From NCBI RefSeq assembly GCF_006345805.1, contig NC_042999.1, positions 18,662,001 to 18,726,000 of the forward strand: a stretch of DNA of 64,000 nt, written 5' to 3'. The notes beneath the pieces are model-generated. The model saw only the letters and a list, made by a program, of their open reading frames with translations, did no database searches and was not told the DNA's origin. This document shows positions 13,103 through 25,849 of this stretch, in pieces. Made by a program: the position numbers and the translations under genes. This DNA comes from Octopus sinensis (Eukaryota). The number at the start of each line of letters is the position of its first letter. The first letter of the stretch is position 1.

Positions 13103-13290
13103 GTTAAAGTTAATCCAAACATGAAAACAGAAAGAGAAAACACAACGCGAGGACGTGGAACAAATATAGTATCATTGGACGCTCAGGAAGGAAGGGAAGA
13201 AGGAGGGTTTAACGTTTCGAGCGGAGCTCTTCGTCGGAAACATAGGAGAGGGAAAGATCCAGAGAAGGCAAGACAGAGGAAAAAAAAATA
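13103..13290 (-). mobile_element. short non-coding HHR-bearing unit (PLE pLTR/retrozyme-like)
   Basis: Pyrimidine-rich leader + HHR + about 105-nt tail, embedded between (TA)n tracts. Confidence 0.6.
13207..13241 (-). ncRNA. minimal type I hammerhead ribozyme motif (U4C variant)
   Basis: Minus strand GUUU-CCGACGA-A-GAGC-ucc-GCUC-GAAA-CG-UU-AAAC: perfect 4-bp stems I and II, palindromic ACGU stem III. Confidence 0.7.
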
Positions 13291-13851
13291 TATATGTATA
13301 TATATATATGTGTATGCATGTATATATGTATGCATGTATGTATGTAGGTATGTATGTATGTATGTATGCATGTATGTATGTATGTATGTATGTATGTATG
13401 TATGTATGTATTTATGTATGTATGTATGTATGTATGTGAACATGGATGCTGGAGGAATACGTGACCTTATTTTAGACGCTTCATTGAAACTTCAAATGTA
13501 TGTAAATTATTTATTGACGTACAAAACATACTCATACGGTTCTAATCAAATTTTCAGGTTGTATAAATGGCTTTCCCTTGGGATATTCCTAATTTAATAA
13601 AAATTTTATTAACATATTGAAAGGAGAAATTACATCCAACGTTCAAAATCACATGCGCAGAATCTAACTTTAATAATAATAATAATGATGATGTTGATGA
13701 TGATGACAATAATAATAATAATAATAATAAATAATAATAATATTCATAATATTGATAATAACAATGATAGCAATAATAATAATGTGCATACATATTACAT
13801 ATATATAATTATATATATATACATATATATGTATATATGTATATATATATA

Positions 13852-14245
13852 GGCGCAGGAGTGGGTGTGTGGTAAGTAGCTTGCTAACCAACCACATGGT
13901 TCCGGGTTCAGTCCCACTGCGTGGCATCTTGGGCAGGTGTCTTCTGCTATAGCCCCGGGCTGACCAATGCCTTGTGAGTGGATTTGGTAGACGGAAACTG
14001 AAAGAAGCCCGTCGTATATATGTATATATATATAAATGTGGGTTGTGTGTCTGTGTTTGTCCCCCTAGCATTGCTTGACAACCGGTGCTGGTGTGTTTAC
14101 GTCCCCGTCACTTAGCGGTTCCGCAAAAGAGACCGATAGAATAAGTACTGGGCTTACAAAAGAATAAGTCGCAGGGTCGAGTTGCTCGACTAAAGGCGGT
14201 GCTCCAGCATGGCCGCAGTCAAATGACTGAAACAAGTAAAAAAAA
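13852..14245 (+). mobile_element. tRNA-SINE family D, full length
   Basis: GGCGCAGGAGTGGGTGTGTGGTAAG head, GGTTCAGTCCC B box, body, internal microsatellite, A-rich tail. Confidence 0.9.
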
Positions 14246-14272
14246 AAATAAAAAATATATATATATATATAT

Positions 14273-14306
<34 letters not shown>

Positions 14307-14956
14307 CATATATATCTACATATACACGCATACACATACGCACACACATCATTCATTTATATATATATATATATATATATATCTATATATATATATATAT
14401 ATATATATAAGCATTTGGCCAGTCTTTAATGTAATCGTAGCATATATGTGTATGAAATTGTGTGTAGGTCTGTTTGTGAGATTGTGTTTTTATGCTGTGT
14501 GATTTTATTTCTGAGTGTGCCTGTATAAGATATGCGAATATGCAACGTTGCATATAATCGCAAAGTTGCATATATATATATTAATATATATATATATATA
14601 TTATATATATAATATTATATATATATATAATATATATACATATATATATATATATTTTGTAAACTATAGAAGAATATTTATAGTATGATATAATATATCT
14701 GTATTATTTCTTCCCGAGTTAAGAATCACGCCAACAATCTAATAAATGTGGTAACAGCTGCTAGATGTTAATGTATTTTCCACGAATAAGTAACAAACAG
14801 CGAAATACATCAGAAATGGACAGACAGACAGTCAGACATATAGATAGATAGATAGATAGATAGATATAGAAATGAATATGCATAACAATGTGAACACACA
14901 GAATCATGTGCACATCCATACATGCATATATGTATATGTATGTATGTATGCATGTA

Positions 14957-15006
<50 letters not shown>

Positions 15007-15023
15007 ATATATATATATACATT

Positions 15024-15260
15024 ATTATAGCAGTATCGCCCGGGTGTTCATTCGGGGTTAAAGCATTTTAAGAGTATAGGTAATCCAAAAATATAAAAAA
15101 ATTATGAAAAATTTAGAGACGGAACCACAGTCGGTGTCTCTGCAAATCATTCAGTTTTTTTCAGTATCTAAATTAGTTATACATTTATTATATTACTATT
15201 ACGAAATTCGGTCTATTATTAATTATACTGAATTTTAACAGTTAAAGCTGGAATGCTAAT
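15024..15260 (+). mobile_element. possible non-autonomous Helitron-like fragment
   Basis: Starts TAGCAGTATCGCCCGGGTGTTCATTCGGG, resembling Helitron-N 5' hairpin ends; remainder degenerate. Confidence 0.35.
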
Positions 15261-15330
15261 GTATTCTCTAATATCATTATATATATATATATAATATATA
15301 ATATATATCTAATATATATATATACTCACT

Positions 15331-15665
15331 GAAGGCGCATGGCTCAGTGGTTAGAGCATCGAGCTTACGATCGTGAGGTTGTGAGCTCGAATCCCGGACC
15401 GGGCTGCGTGTTGCGTTCTTGAGCAAGGCACTTTATTTCACGTTGCTCCAGTTCACTCAACTGTAGAAATGAGTTGCGACGTCACAGGTGCCAAGCTGTA
15501 TCGGCCTTTGCCTTTCCCTTGGATAACACTGGTGGCGTGGAGAGGGGAGGCCGGTATGCATGGGCGAATGCTGGTCTTCCATAAACAACCTTGCCCGGAC
15601 TTGTGTCTAGGAGGATAACTTTCTAGGTGCAATCCCATGGTCATTCATGACCGAAGGGGGTCTTT
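15331..15665 (+). mobile_element. tRNA-SINE family E (CORE-like)
   Basis: A box TGGCTCAGTGG, B box GCTCGAATCC, CORE-like CTTGAGCAAGGCACTTTATTTCACGTTGCTCCAGTTCACTCAACTGTAGAAATGAG. Confidence 0.8.
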
Positions 15666-15705
15666 TATATACACCTATATATATATATATAATATATATA
15701 TATAT

Positions 15706-15764
<59 letters not shown>

Positions 15765-15865
15765 TATATACATATACATATATATATATATATATGTATA
15801 TATACACACACATATATATCTGTTTATATATATATCCATGTATACTATATATATATATGTAAATA

Positions 15866-15927
<62 letters not shown>

Positions 15928-15955
15928 GGTATATATATATGTATACATATATATA

Positions 15956-18900
15956 TGTCCTAAATACTGTCCTAAATACAGAGTCCATGGTCCTGATACC
16001 AAATATGGATGCACAAAATGCAATGGATGTACCTTGCTCCATCCTAAACTGTGCCAAACATCTGTGTCACTATGGATGTGCATGAACCCAGAATGCAACC
16101 ACCACCATCTGAAGGGCACAAAACGATCGCAAAATAAATATAAACAGCAACAGAGGTAATCTGCGACAACAACAAGAACAAAATACAACCACGTTTCCCC
16201 TCCTTCAATCAAACAACGTAGACAGAACCATGAATAAACCATAACAACAAATAACACCAACATGAAATATGTATCCTCTGACCAAGTGGCAAACCAAAGA
16301 GGTAACTCTTTTTTACTGACTTACCTAGAAAATATGAAGGTCGACCTAAGTCAGGAGATCCAACGAGCTATCAGCAACCACCTATGCAAATCACAAGGAC
16401 CACACACCCACTACCAACAAGAAAATCATACACACACAGCTCCATACAAGTACTACCCACATTGTTACCACTGAACAACATAAAACATAACTCAGAACAA
16501 TGCAAACATCATGCTTCTCTTACCTCGACATTCCTGTTAAATGTACGTCGCATCAACCCATCAATTATTGCCCAAAAATGGAAGATCCCATATATAGAGA
16601 GTTGGCTTGCCGAAACGGCACATTGCTTCCTTTTCTTTATCCTTACCGAGACTCACCTGAACAACACCCATATGGACGCCGAGGTGAAAATAAAAGCTTT
16701 CACCATTGTTCGTGCGGATCGTACAGACCGAAATAATGGAGGGACAGCCATCTTTATCCATGACTCCTTTTCACTTGATGCCAAGGACATATTTTCCAAT
16801 GGCTACTGTGAATCGGTATCACTATTCAGCAAGGCCAAGGACATAATCATTGTTGGCCTATACAGGCCTCCCCAAGCGCCTCTAAAGTGTTTGAAGAGTG
16901 CCTTAGCAAAGTCAAGTCCTTCCTTCGGAAGTACCGCTCCAGAAACATACTTGTGATGGGTGATTTTAACCTCCCTCATGTGAACTGGCCCACAAATACT
17001 CTGAAGTTAGGCAAGTGCTCTACATCAGATAGAGCAGCAGCAGAACTGCTCTTTAATCTAATGGATGAATACTTCCTGACTCAGCTAGTGCTCGAACCAA
17101 CGAGACAGAATAAAACGATCTTGGATCTGGTATTGACCAATCACTCTAGCTTCGTTCACAGTATTTCAGTTGAAAAATCTTTCCTCTCAGACCACAACAT
17201 GGTACTCTGCAATTTTAATTCCCGACATATAAAAACCAAATCAGCCAATCCCACTCCATGGCACTCATTTGACAATATAAACTTCCACAAAGCGGACTGG
17301 GGAGCAATCAGAAAGGATCTGTCTTTCATCGACTGGTCTTTTACTCTCAATTCAACCTATATTGAGACCGCTTGGCAGTACTTTGAAAACATTGTCACCT
17401 ATACATGCTCTAAACACGCTCCCACGAAATCTACTAACACAAACAGAAACCGGCTCCCTAAAAAGAAAAAAAAACACTCATCAGGCGCATCAAAAGACTC
17501 AACAAAAAAAATCAACCAATTGAAATATTCCCACACACAACATCCACATTCAACAACAATGAAAAGGCTAGAGCTGGAAAAACTTCATCTGCAGACCGAC
17601 ATGAAAACCTCCATTGAAAATCAAAGAGCTGTGGAGGAACAGTGGGTAATCAAAAACATCAAACAGAACCCAAAAGTGTTCTATTCTTATGCAAATAAGC
17701 ATAGAACCACTGTCTCACCCATTGGGCCATTGATTGATGATAACGGCATTCCCCAACACGATGCTAAAGAAATGGCAGAAATACTGCAGAAACAATACTG
17801 CTCTGTCTTTAGTGTTCCCACTGATATTGACGTAAGAGAAGCGAACGAAGTTGACTCCCAACATAAAATCTCAGACATAACCTTCACTGCCACCAACATC
17901 GTAGCAGCAATAAATGAGATCAGATACTACTCTGCTGTAGGCCCTGATAGATTCCCCGCTAGTCTCCTGAAGGAATGTAGACACCAACTTGCAGCCCCTC
18001 TGACCAACCTCTGGAGAAATTCGTTAGACGCAGGTTATATACCGAAACAGTTTCTATCCCAGTCAGTCATCCCGGTTTTCAAACAGGAAACAGATCCCTT
18101 GCACTCAACTATCGCCCAATCTCACTCACCTCCCACATCATTAAAGTGTTTGAAAGAGTGTTAAGATCAAGGATAGCTGACTTCCTGGAGACCCACAAAC
18201 TCCTAAATGCAAATCAGCATGGTTTTCGCTGTGGCAGGGACTGTCTAACACAGTTCTTACACCACATTGAAGATGTACTCAAAGCCTTGGGAACAGGTTC
18301 GAACTCTGATGTCATATATCTTGACTTCAGTAAAGCGTTCGACAGGGTAGACCATATATCCTACTCTCAAAATTGGCAAATGTTGGAATCCGTGGAAAAG
18401 TTCTACACTGGATTAAGTATTTCCTGGCGAATAGATCACAACATGTTGTAGTTGATGGAGTCCACTCAAGCCCAGCAAAACTCGCCAGCGGTGTCCTCCA
18501 GGGGGCTGTCTTGGGTCCGCTACTCTTCATAATTTACAAAAACGAACTTTCCAGTGTCGTACATTACTGCAAAGTGAAAACATTTGCTGATGACACTAAG
18601 CTCCAGCAAATCGTCAATGAAGAAGCAGACCGAACTCAAATCCAGTCTGATCTATATTCTGTGACTCAATGGGCAGACAGAAACAAAACTTAACTGAAAG
18701 AGGGAAAATTTGAGCTGATGCATTTTCGAAGAAATTCTTCACTAAAACAGCTATACTCTCTTCCTTCAGGGGAACCGCTCACAGGCTCTAACAATATCAG
18801 AGACCTGGGTGTAATTGTTGATGACGATCTCAGTTGGAGTGCACACATCAAGAAGGTCGATATAGCTCTAAGCATGAGTTCCTGGATCTTAAGAACTTTC

Positions 18901-19550
18901 CGGTCCAGAGAACAAGGTGTCATCATACAACTTTTCTCCTCCTTTGTACGGCCACACCTCCAATACTGCTGCCCACTGTGGTCTCCCCATACAAGACAAA
19001 ACATCTCGAGGATTGAATCACCCCAGAGGGCACTCACTAAACGAATTGAAGGCATGGCTGCCCTCGATTACTGGAATCGCCTTAAAGCCCTGAAACTCTA
19101 CTCTCTCTCTAGCGTCACCGTGAGCGGTACATCATTTGTACGATGTGGAGAATATACCACCAACTTTGTCCAAACGACCTTAGCATTAGCGTCAAGGTTC
19201 ATCCAAGACTGGGACCACGGGCTATACGTTCCCAGCCCAATTCAAGATCACAGCATACATGTACGCTGCAGCATAATTTCTTTTCCTCAACAGGCCCTGC
19301 CCTATTTAACATTGTCCCGAAAGAGATCAAAGAGGAAAAGTATCCCATCAACTTTAAACGGAGTCTGGATAGATTCCTTCAAAGAATTCCAGATAAGCCA
19401 CCCATAATTGGATAAAACTCACCCAACAAAAACTCACTACTTGAATGGGCCATTAACAAAACTTGACTTAAACAGGATTCGAATAATCCTATCAGGTGGT
19501 GCTATTAACTTAGACATGACCTGGACCAATCTTTGGTCGAAACATATCTA

Positions 19551-19554
<4 letters not shown>
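15956..19554 (+). mobile_element. 5'-truncated non-LTR retrotransposon (CR1/L2/Proto2-like): ORF1 Cys/His end + frameshifted APE-RT ORF2
   Basis: APE motifs (FILTETHL, RADRTDRNNGGTAI, YRPP, MGDFNLP, LDLVLTN, SDHN); RT motifs (QHGFR, YLDFSKAFD, SGVLQGAVLGPLLF, FADDTK, PHLQYCCPLWSP); several frameshifts and a stop; 3' stem-loop then (TA)n. Confidence 0.92.
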
Positions 19555-19588
<34 letters not shown>

Positions 19589-19593
<5 letters not shown>

Positions 19594-22500
19594 AAACAAG
19601 TCAAAATAGAAAATGCTAAAATAATTTTAGAAAGAACATTTCAGTATGTGAATTCTTGGTAGGGTAGAAGAAGAAGAAGGTTGATGAGGAGAGGGGGTGG
19701 AAACATTTGGTAGTGCCTTGATGGTCGTATTTTGAATGGTCAGTGGCAGCTAGCAGTTGCAGTTCAATTCAGGAGAATATTTCTATTGAAAGGTTTGTTT
19801 ATGGAATTTGCGTAGGTGTTATACTAAAATCATTAGTGATAAAGTTAAGAGGTAGAAGGTGGAGAAGAAGAAGAAGAAGAAGAAGAAGAAGATGACGATG
19901 TTGATGATGATGATGAGGAGGAAGAAGAAGAAGAAGGAGAAGGAGAAGAAGAAGATGATGATGATGATGGTGATGATGATGACGACGATGATGATGATAA
20001 TGATGATGAAGAAGAAGAGGAAGAAGAAGAAAAAAGAGAAAGGAGAATATGAATGGGTGAAAGTAGTGAGGTGTTGTATGACTTGAAGTTGGCACGTTAT
20101 GGATTGTAGCTGTGATTGGGGCTGATTTGTAATGGATTCTTTGGAATGTAATATTTGTGTGTGTATATTTCTTTTATTCTAAAGTTGAGGTATATTCAAG
20201 AGAAGTTCTCCAAACTATGGAAAGAGGACTGTGAAAAAGAAGAACTAAAATCTCTCCAACGCTGGGAGAAAAGCACCACTTGGTTCTCAAACTATGAAGC
20301 CGCCTTTCAAACAGAGCACGCCTCCAACAACCCTTTCCAGAAAATAAGAAAACCAAAACAACACTCAAACACCGATACACACCTGTCTGAAAATCGGAAC
20401 CTTCACTACTATCAAAAAAAGAATACAGTACCTAACCCTAACTCTGTAAGCAGCCAGCGATACAATATCAGGAATACCCCCACTTCAAGCAGAGAAAGGA
20501 TAAATCAATACCCACAGGATACACACTGCAACCTTATCCCCACCCAAAAGAATTACCAACGAAATCTTCGTTCCAACAACCGGTTAAACAACCATGCACA
20601 ACAAACCCACACCACTCGCAATGATTACCAACGAAGGCCACCTAGAACACCACACCCGAATATGGGATATCGGGACGCTCTTCTCAATACTGTTCCAAGA
20701 ACACACACCATAAATCACAACAGGAGACCCCACATCAACAAAGAACAATTATATAATAGCTACCGTCCCAACCACCGCATTCATTTTTTAGACCCAATAC
20801 GCAAACACAGAGACACAAGATAGCACCAAACAAGCAGGAGGAACTAAAAGTGATAAAAATTATCAATCGAACTCACAAGGAACTAACAGCAAACCAAATA
20901 AACATACTTTACAAAGGACTCAAGTTTACACCCACCCCACAACACCCGAACTACAATGAAATGAAAGAAGACATCGCAGAAGTCTGCAGAAAATTAAGAC
21001 TTACTGAGGAGCTATACGACAAATACAACGAGGACGAATCGTTAGTCAGAAATAGGAGTAACTACACCCCCTCTAAAGGTAAGAACAAAACACTTGATGA
21101 TTTCTGTGACCACATATCAATTTACCCATATCAACATATGCACAAATAAAAACACAAACCAAACTTCAGCAAAAAAGAATGGGCTGAGTTGAACAAATTA
21201 AAACAAGATAAAACAATAACAATCAAAGAGGCCGATAAAGGGAGTGCTGTTGTGTTAATGGATACGACATTTTACATAACTTTGGTACTATCTATGCTGG
21301 AAGACACAACATACTATGAAAAGGCACAAAACTACAGTCAACAAAAAATAGTGAGGGAACTAAAATCCATGTTAAACCCATACAAAGAAGGGCTCACCGA
21401 CAAAGAATATGATTTCACAAGTAAAACCAGCCAATTCTACGGTATACCTAAGATACACAAAAGTGAGAAAATACGCAACGCATGCAAGATAGCTACAGAC
21501 AAAATAATTAAAGTTCCTAATCCTAATGACCTCAAATTGAGACCCAAAAATAGCAGGTCTCGCATGCGAAACCCACCGCCTCAGTAACCTTTTAGACACC
21601 CTGTTAAAACCACTCCTCAAACATGTCAAAAGCTATATAAGGGACGACTTGGATATGCTTAATCACCTACCGAATACTATAAACAAAAACACCATACTGG
21701 TATCCTTCGATGTAGTCAACCTCTACTCCAATATCCCCCACAACCTAGAACTAGAGGCAATCCAATTCTGGCTAGCGAATCACGCCAACGAATTACCACA
21801 TCGCATCAAAAAAGAATTCGTGATAGAAGGGGTTAAATTCATCCTGGAAAATAACTTCTTCGCCTTTAAAGACTTCTACCGACAAAAATCGGGGACTGCG
21901 ATGGGTACACGAATGGCCCCCTCCTTTGCCAACCTAGTCATAGGATATCTAGAGATCAGTTTGTATCGTAAGGTTCTAGAAAGATATGGCAGCCCTTTCT
22001 CCACTTCTTAAAGGGTCTACGACAAACGTTTAATATACCTCAACTTTAGAATAAAAGAAATACACACACAAATATTACATTCCAAAGAATCCATTACAAA
22101 TCAGCCCCAATCACAGCTACAATCCATAACGTGCCAACTTCAAGTCATACAACACCTCACTACTTTCACCCATTCATATTCTCCCTGCTCTTTTTTCTTC
22201 TTCTTCCTCTTCTACTTCATCATCATCATTATCATCATCATCGTCGTCATCATCATCACCATCATCATCACCATCTTCTTCTTCTCCTTCTCCTTCTTCT
22301 TCTTCTTCCTCCTCCTCATCATCATCAACATTGTCATCTTCTTCTTCTTCTTCTTCTTCTCCACCTTCTACCTCTTAACTTTATCACTAATGCTTTTTAG
22401 TATAACACCTACGCAAATTCCATAAACAAACCTTTCAATAGAAATATTCTCCTGAATTGAACTGCAACTGCTAGCCGCCACTGACCATTCAAAATACGAC

Positions 22501-22802
22501 CATCAAGGCACTCCCAAATTTTTCCACCCCCTCTCCTCATCAACCTTCTTCTTCTTCTACCCTACCAAGAATTCACAACGGCCTCGAACACACAAGTGCA
22601 AACAAGGGAGACAGAGAAAGGCAGAATGCCACTTATATTTGAACTCTATACAAATATTCCGTTAAAAAAACTTTTCTTTTAATTTTTCCAAATTTAATTA
22701 TTTAATCGTTACAGTTGAAAAGGTCTCAAAATGACCGAAACCGGTACTGAAATGTTCTTTCTAAAATTATTTTAGCATTTTCTATTTTGACTTGTTTTTT
22801 CA
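19589..22802 (+). mobile_element. Penelope-like element cassette: truncated RT ORF (20197-22010) between long inverted arms
   Basis: PLE motifs YKGLKFTPTP, IKEADKGSAVVLMD, FYGIPKIHKS, LVSFDVVNLYSNIP, GTAMGTRMAPSFANL; ORF stops before the YxDD motif; 19647-20196 is the reverse complement of 22032-22577 and 19589-19646 of 22745-22802. Confidence 0.9.
22707..22754 (+). ncRNA. minimal type I hammerhead ribozyme motif with U3/A8 core variant
   Basis: CGUUACAG-UUGAAAA-GGUC-ucaaaau-GACC-GAAA-CCGG-UA-CUGAAAUG; stem I 7 of 8 pairs, stem II 4 bp, palindromic ACCGGU stem III, GUA cleavage triplet. Confidence 0.75.
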
Positions 22803-22855
22803 TATATATCAACTCGTGTGTTCCTTTTCACCCTTATACATACATATATATATAT

Positions 22856-22986
<131 letters not shown>

Positions 22987-23025
22987 CATACATATATATA
23001 TATATACACGCACATATATATATAA

Positions 23026-23084
<59 letters not shown>

Positions 23085-23466
23085 CACATACACACACATA
23101 CATGTAGATATGCGTGTGGAGGTGTTATATATGAAATGTCTCTTGTTACTGGACTATGGGATTAAACGTTGCTTCTATTTGAGAATCTTGTTGAAAATAA
23201 TTAAAATAAGAAGTGAGTGCTGTAATGATATTGATTTCTCTTGGCAAATACCTTGATATTATTAAAAATGTATATAACCCAATTACTGACAAGAACAAGC
23301 GACAGTAATAATGCCCTTCATTCATTTATGTAACGTAATTTATGAGATGACTGCCAGATAATTCTGCTATAAATCTTTCAATGGAAATATAATTTGTATT
23401 TTAATTTCTCAAAACGTTTCCAGTAACATTAGATTTTTTTCTATTTCAAATCATTTCTATTTCAAA

Positions 23467-23483
23467 TCATGCTGCTGCTGCTG

Positions 23484-23521
<38 letters not shown>

Positions 23522-23585
23522 GATAATTGTAGAGATAATAAAAAATAATAATAATATAATAAAGATAAAATCAATGATACTAAAA

Positions 23586-23627
<42 letters not shown>

Positions 23628-23775
23628 GGATAATAATAATAATAATAATAATGATAATAATAATAATAATAATAATATCGATAATAACAATAATAATGAT
23701 AATATTAATAATAATAATGATAATAATAATAATAATAATAATAACGATAATAATAATAATAATAATAATCATAAT
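23467..23775. repeat. compound (GCT)n/(ACT)n/(AAT)n microsatellite
   Basis: Direct reading. Confidence 0.9.
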
Positions 23776-23776
23776 G

Positions 23777-24350
23777 AATGCCCTGATGCAGTACCAGGCA
23801 TTGGCTTTCATGGCTCTTTATCTTACCTAATTGGGAGTGTTATCATATACATTGTTTTGTCTTGGTATAAAAGATGGGCTACAGCAAATATTCTGCTCAA
23901 TACCACAGATTTGCTTGTCAGTTGTTTGACCTTAACCAGTTGAGCATGTCCCTTAGTGGCTGACAATATGTGCAATGAGATCACGAGCAGAAGTTGTGGG
24001 GGAGCATCATAGCCATGTGGTGATAGCAATTTTTTTTGTGGGGGAGGGAGCTTAAATAATTCATATCTGAAAATATGGGTGTTTCGTTCAACATCCTTAA
24101 ACAAACCTTATTTAAGGAACTTTTGACCTGTATGGGCTATTCCACCTGAAAAAAATTCCAACTAGGCCCCCACCTGCAAGTCCATGCACTGGTAGTCTTG
24201 ATATGAGATTACCATATCGCGCATATATGGTCGTAATTCATATAGCTGATGTGCCATTATCAGACGGGCAGTTATGATGAGTATAGTAGGTTTCATTATT
24301 TTAACCCAGAGTCACTTTGATGGAATGCACTGCTCTCTCCCTCAGTAATA
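23777..24350 (+). mobile_element. interspersed repeat family F (non-coding, (AAT)n-flanked, probably a LINE 3' derivative)
   Basis: Homologous segments at 53555-53790(-) and 56255-56630(+), e.g. CCCACCTGCAAG. Confidence 0.7.
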
Positions 24351-24859
24351 ATCAGTGATATTGATATGCTTAGTTTTGTTTCTATTGTATATACCTGTGG
24401 GGCGTGTGTCATACTTACTTCAAAGGAAGAGATTAACAGGTTGAAGAGCGACGGACAAGGAAAAAAGAGATATAAAGGTATTAAGCAGAGTGGCAGTAAG
24501 TGGCAAAGCGGGAGGCAGGGGAGACACAGAAGCAGAGGAAGTATAGTTGAAGTGAGAGGCGAAGTGGCAAAGAGGGAGAGGTAAGAAGGAACGAGAGAGA
24601 GAGAGAGAGAGAGAGAGACGGGGGAAGTGATAGCGAAGAGAGGTAAAACAAAAGAACGAGTGAAACGGGGGAAATGTAACGCGTTAAACGCAGGGGGACA
24701 GTTAGGGAAAGGAGACATAGAGACGAAAAAGGTGAGGGAGGAGGAAAAAGAGATTTACAAAGATTGAGAGAAGGAAGGGAGTGGATAGAGAATACTATTG
24801 AAAATACGGAAAACTTACCGTTTTCGACGATATATGATAATTGCAGAAATAAATGTTGC

Positions 24860-24892
<33 letters not shown>

Positions 24893-24936
24893 ATCTATCT
24901 ATCTATCTATCTATCTATCATCTATCTATCTATCTA

Positions 24937-25010
<74 letters not shown>

Positions 25011-25012
<2 letters not shown>

Positions 25013-25460
25013 AAAAGTAAAAAAATATATACAAACTGGGACAAGAACGTGAAACACCTAGAAGACGACACAAGAACCACAGGACGGGACATTCGAAGCC
25101 CTCAGTCATCAGTCAAGAACCGGATCATCTTCGCAATTTCGGCTGATTAATCTTGAGATTGCTCCGACCTGGGCAGCCCCCAAGGGAAATCTAAGCCAAG
25201 CGCTTTAGATCCCTTGGAAGAAAGCTTCGAATGTATACAACACAAGGACGGAAAACGGACGATGTATACGAATAAAAATACAAAAGTACGTGAAAACAAT
25301 AAGGAAAGCACGAATAAGAATACAAAAACGTAAAAACAATAATGGTAAGGATAAAAACAAAACCACGATGTAGGACAAGGGTCTTTCGACAGGACGAGTT
25401 GAGTTTGGGACTGGCTTGTAGAGTTGTACCTTATGGCCACGGGAGACAAACAAAAACATA
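25011..25460. mobile_element. unclassified TA-flanked repeat-like unit
   Basis: Relatively GC-rich non-coding block between (TA)n tracts with an internal 11-bp inverted repeat; single copy in the window. Confidence 0.35.
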
Positions 25461-25849
25461 TATATATATACATATATCCAGTTATTCTGTCTGTTTGCCT
25501 CTCTCTCTAAAACACACACACACACTCTCTCTCTTTCTCAGGCAATAGCTGTAGATGTTATTGTTACTTTTCTACAGTTAGACCGATGCAATTTCGAAAT
25601 AAAAGTAGATGCATAGCTGCTCAAAGGAAAAATAGCTACATAGATCGAAAGAAAAGTAGATACATAGATACATACACACATTGTAAAAATTAAAAGCGGC
25701 GGAGAGGTGGGATGCAGAGGAAACGAGAGAAAAAGAGAGAAAGTAAGAGAGACAGTAAATACATTGATCGAAAGAAAAGTTGATACATAGATACATAGAT
25801 ACATAGATATAGAGATACGTTTTTAATACAGCAAATATTGTATGCCATT

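Noticed and set aside
24360-24790. Purine-rich block with ORFs on both strands
   Set aside because: Low-complexity GA-rich sequence
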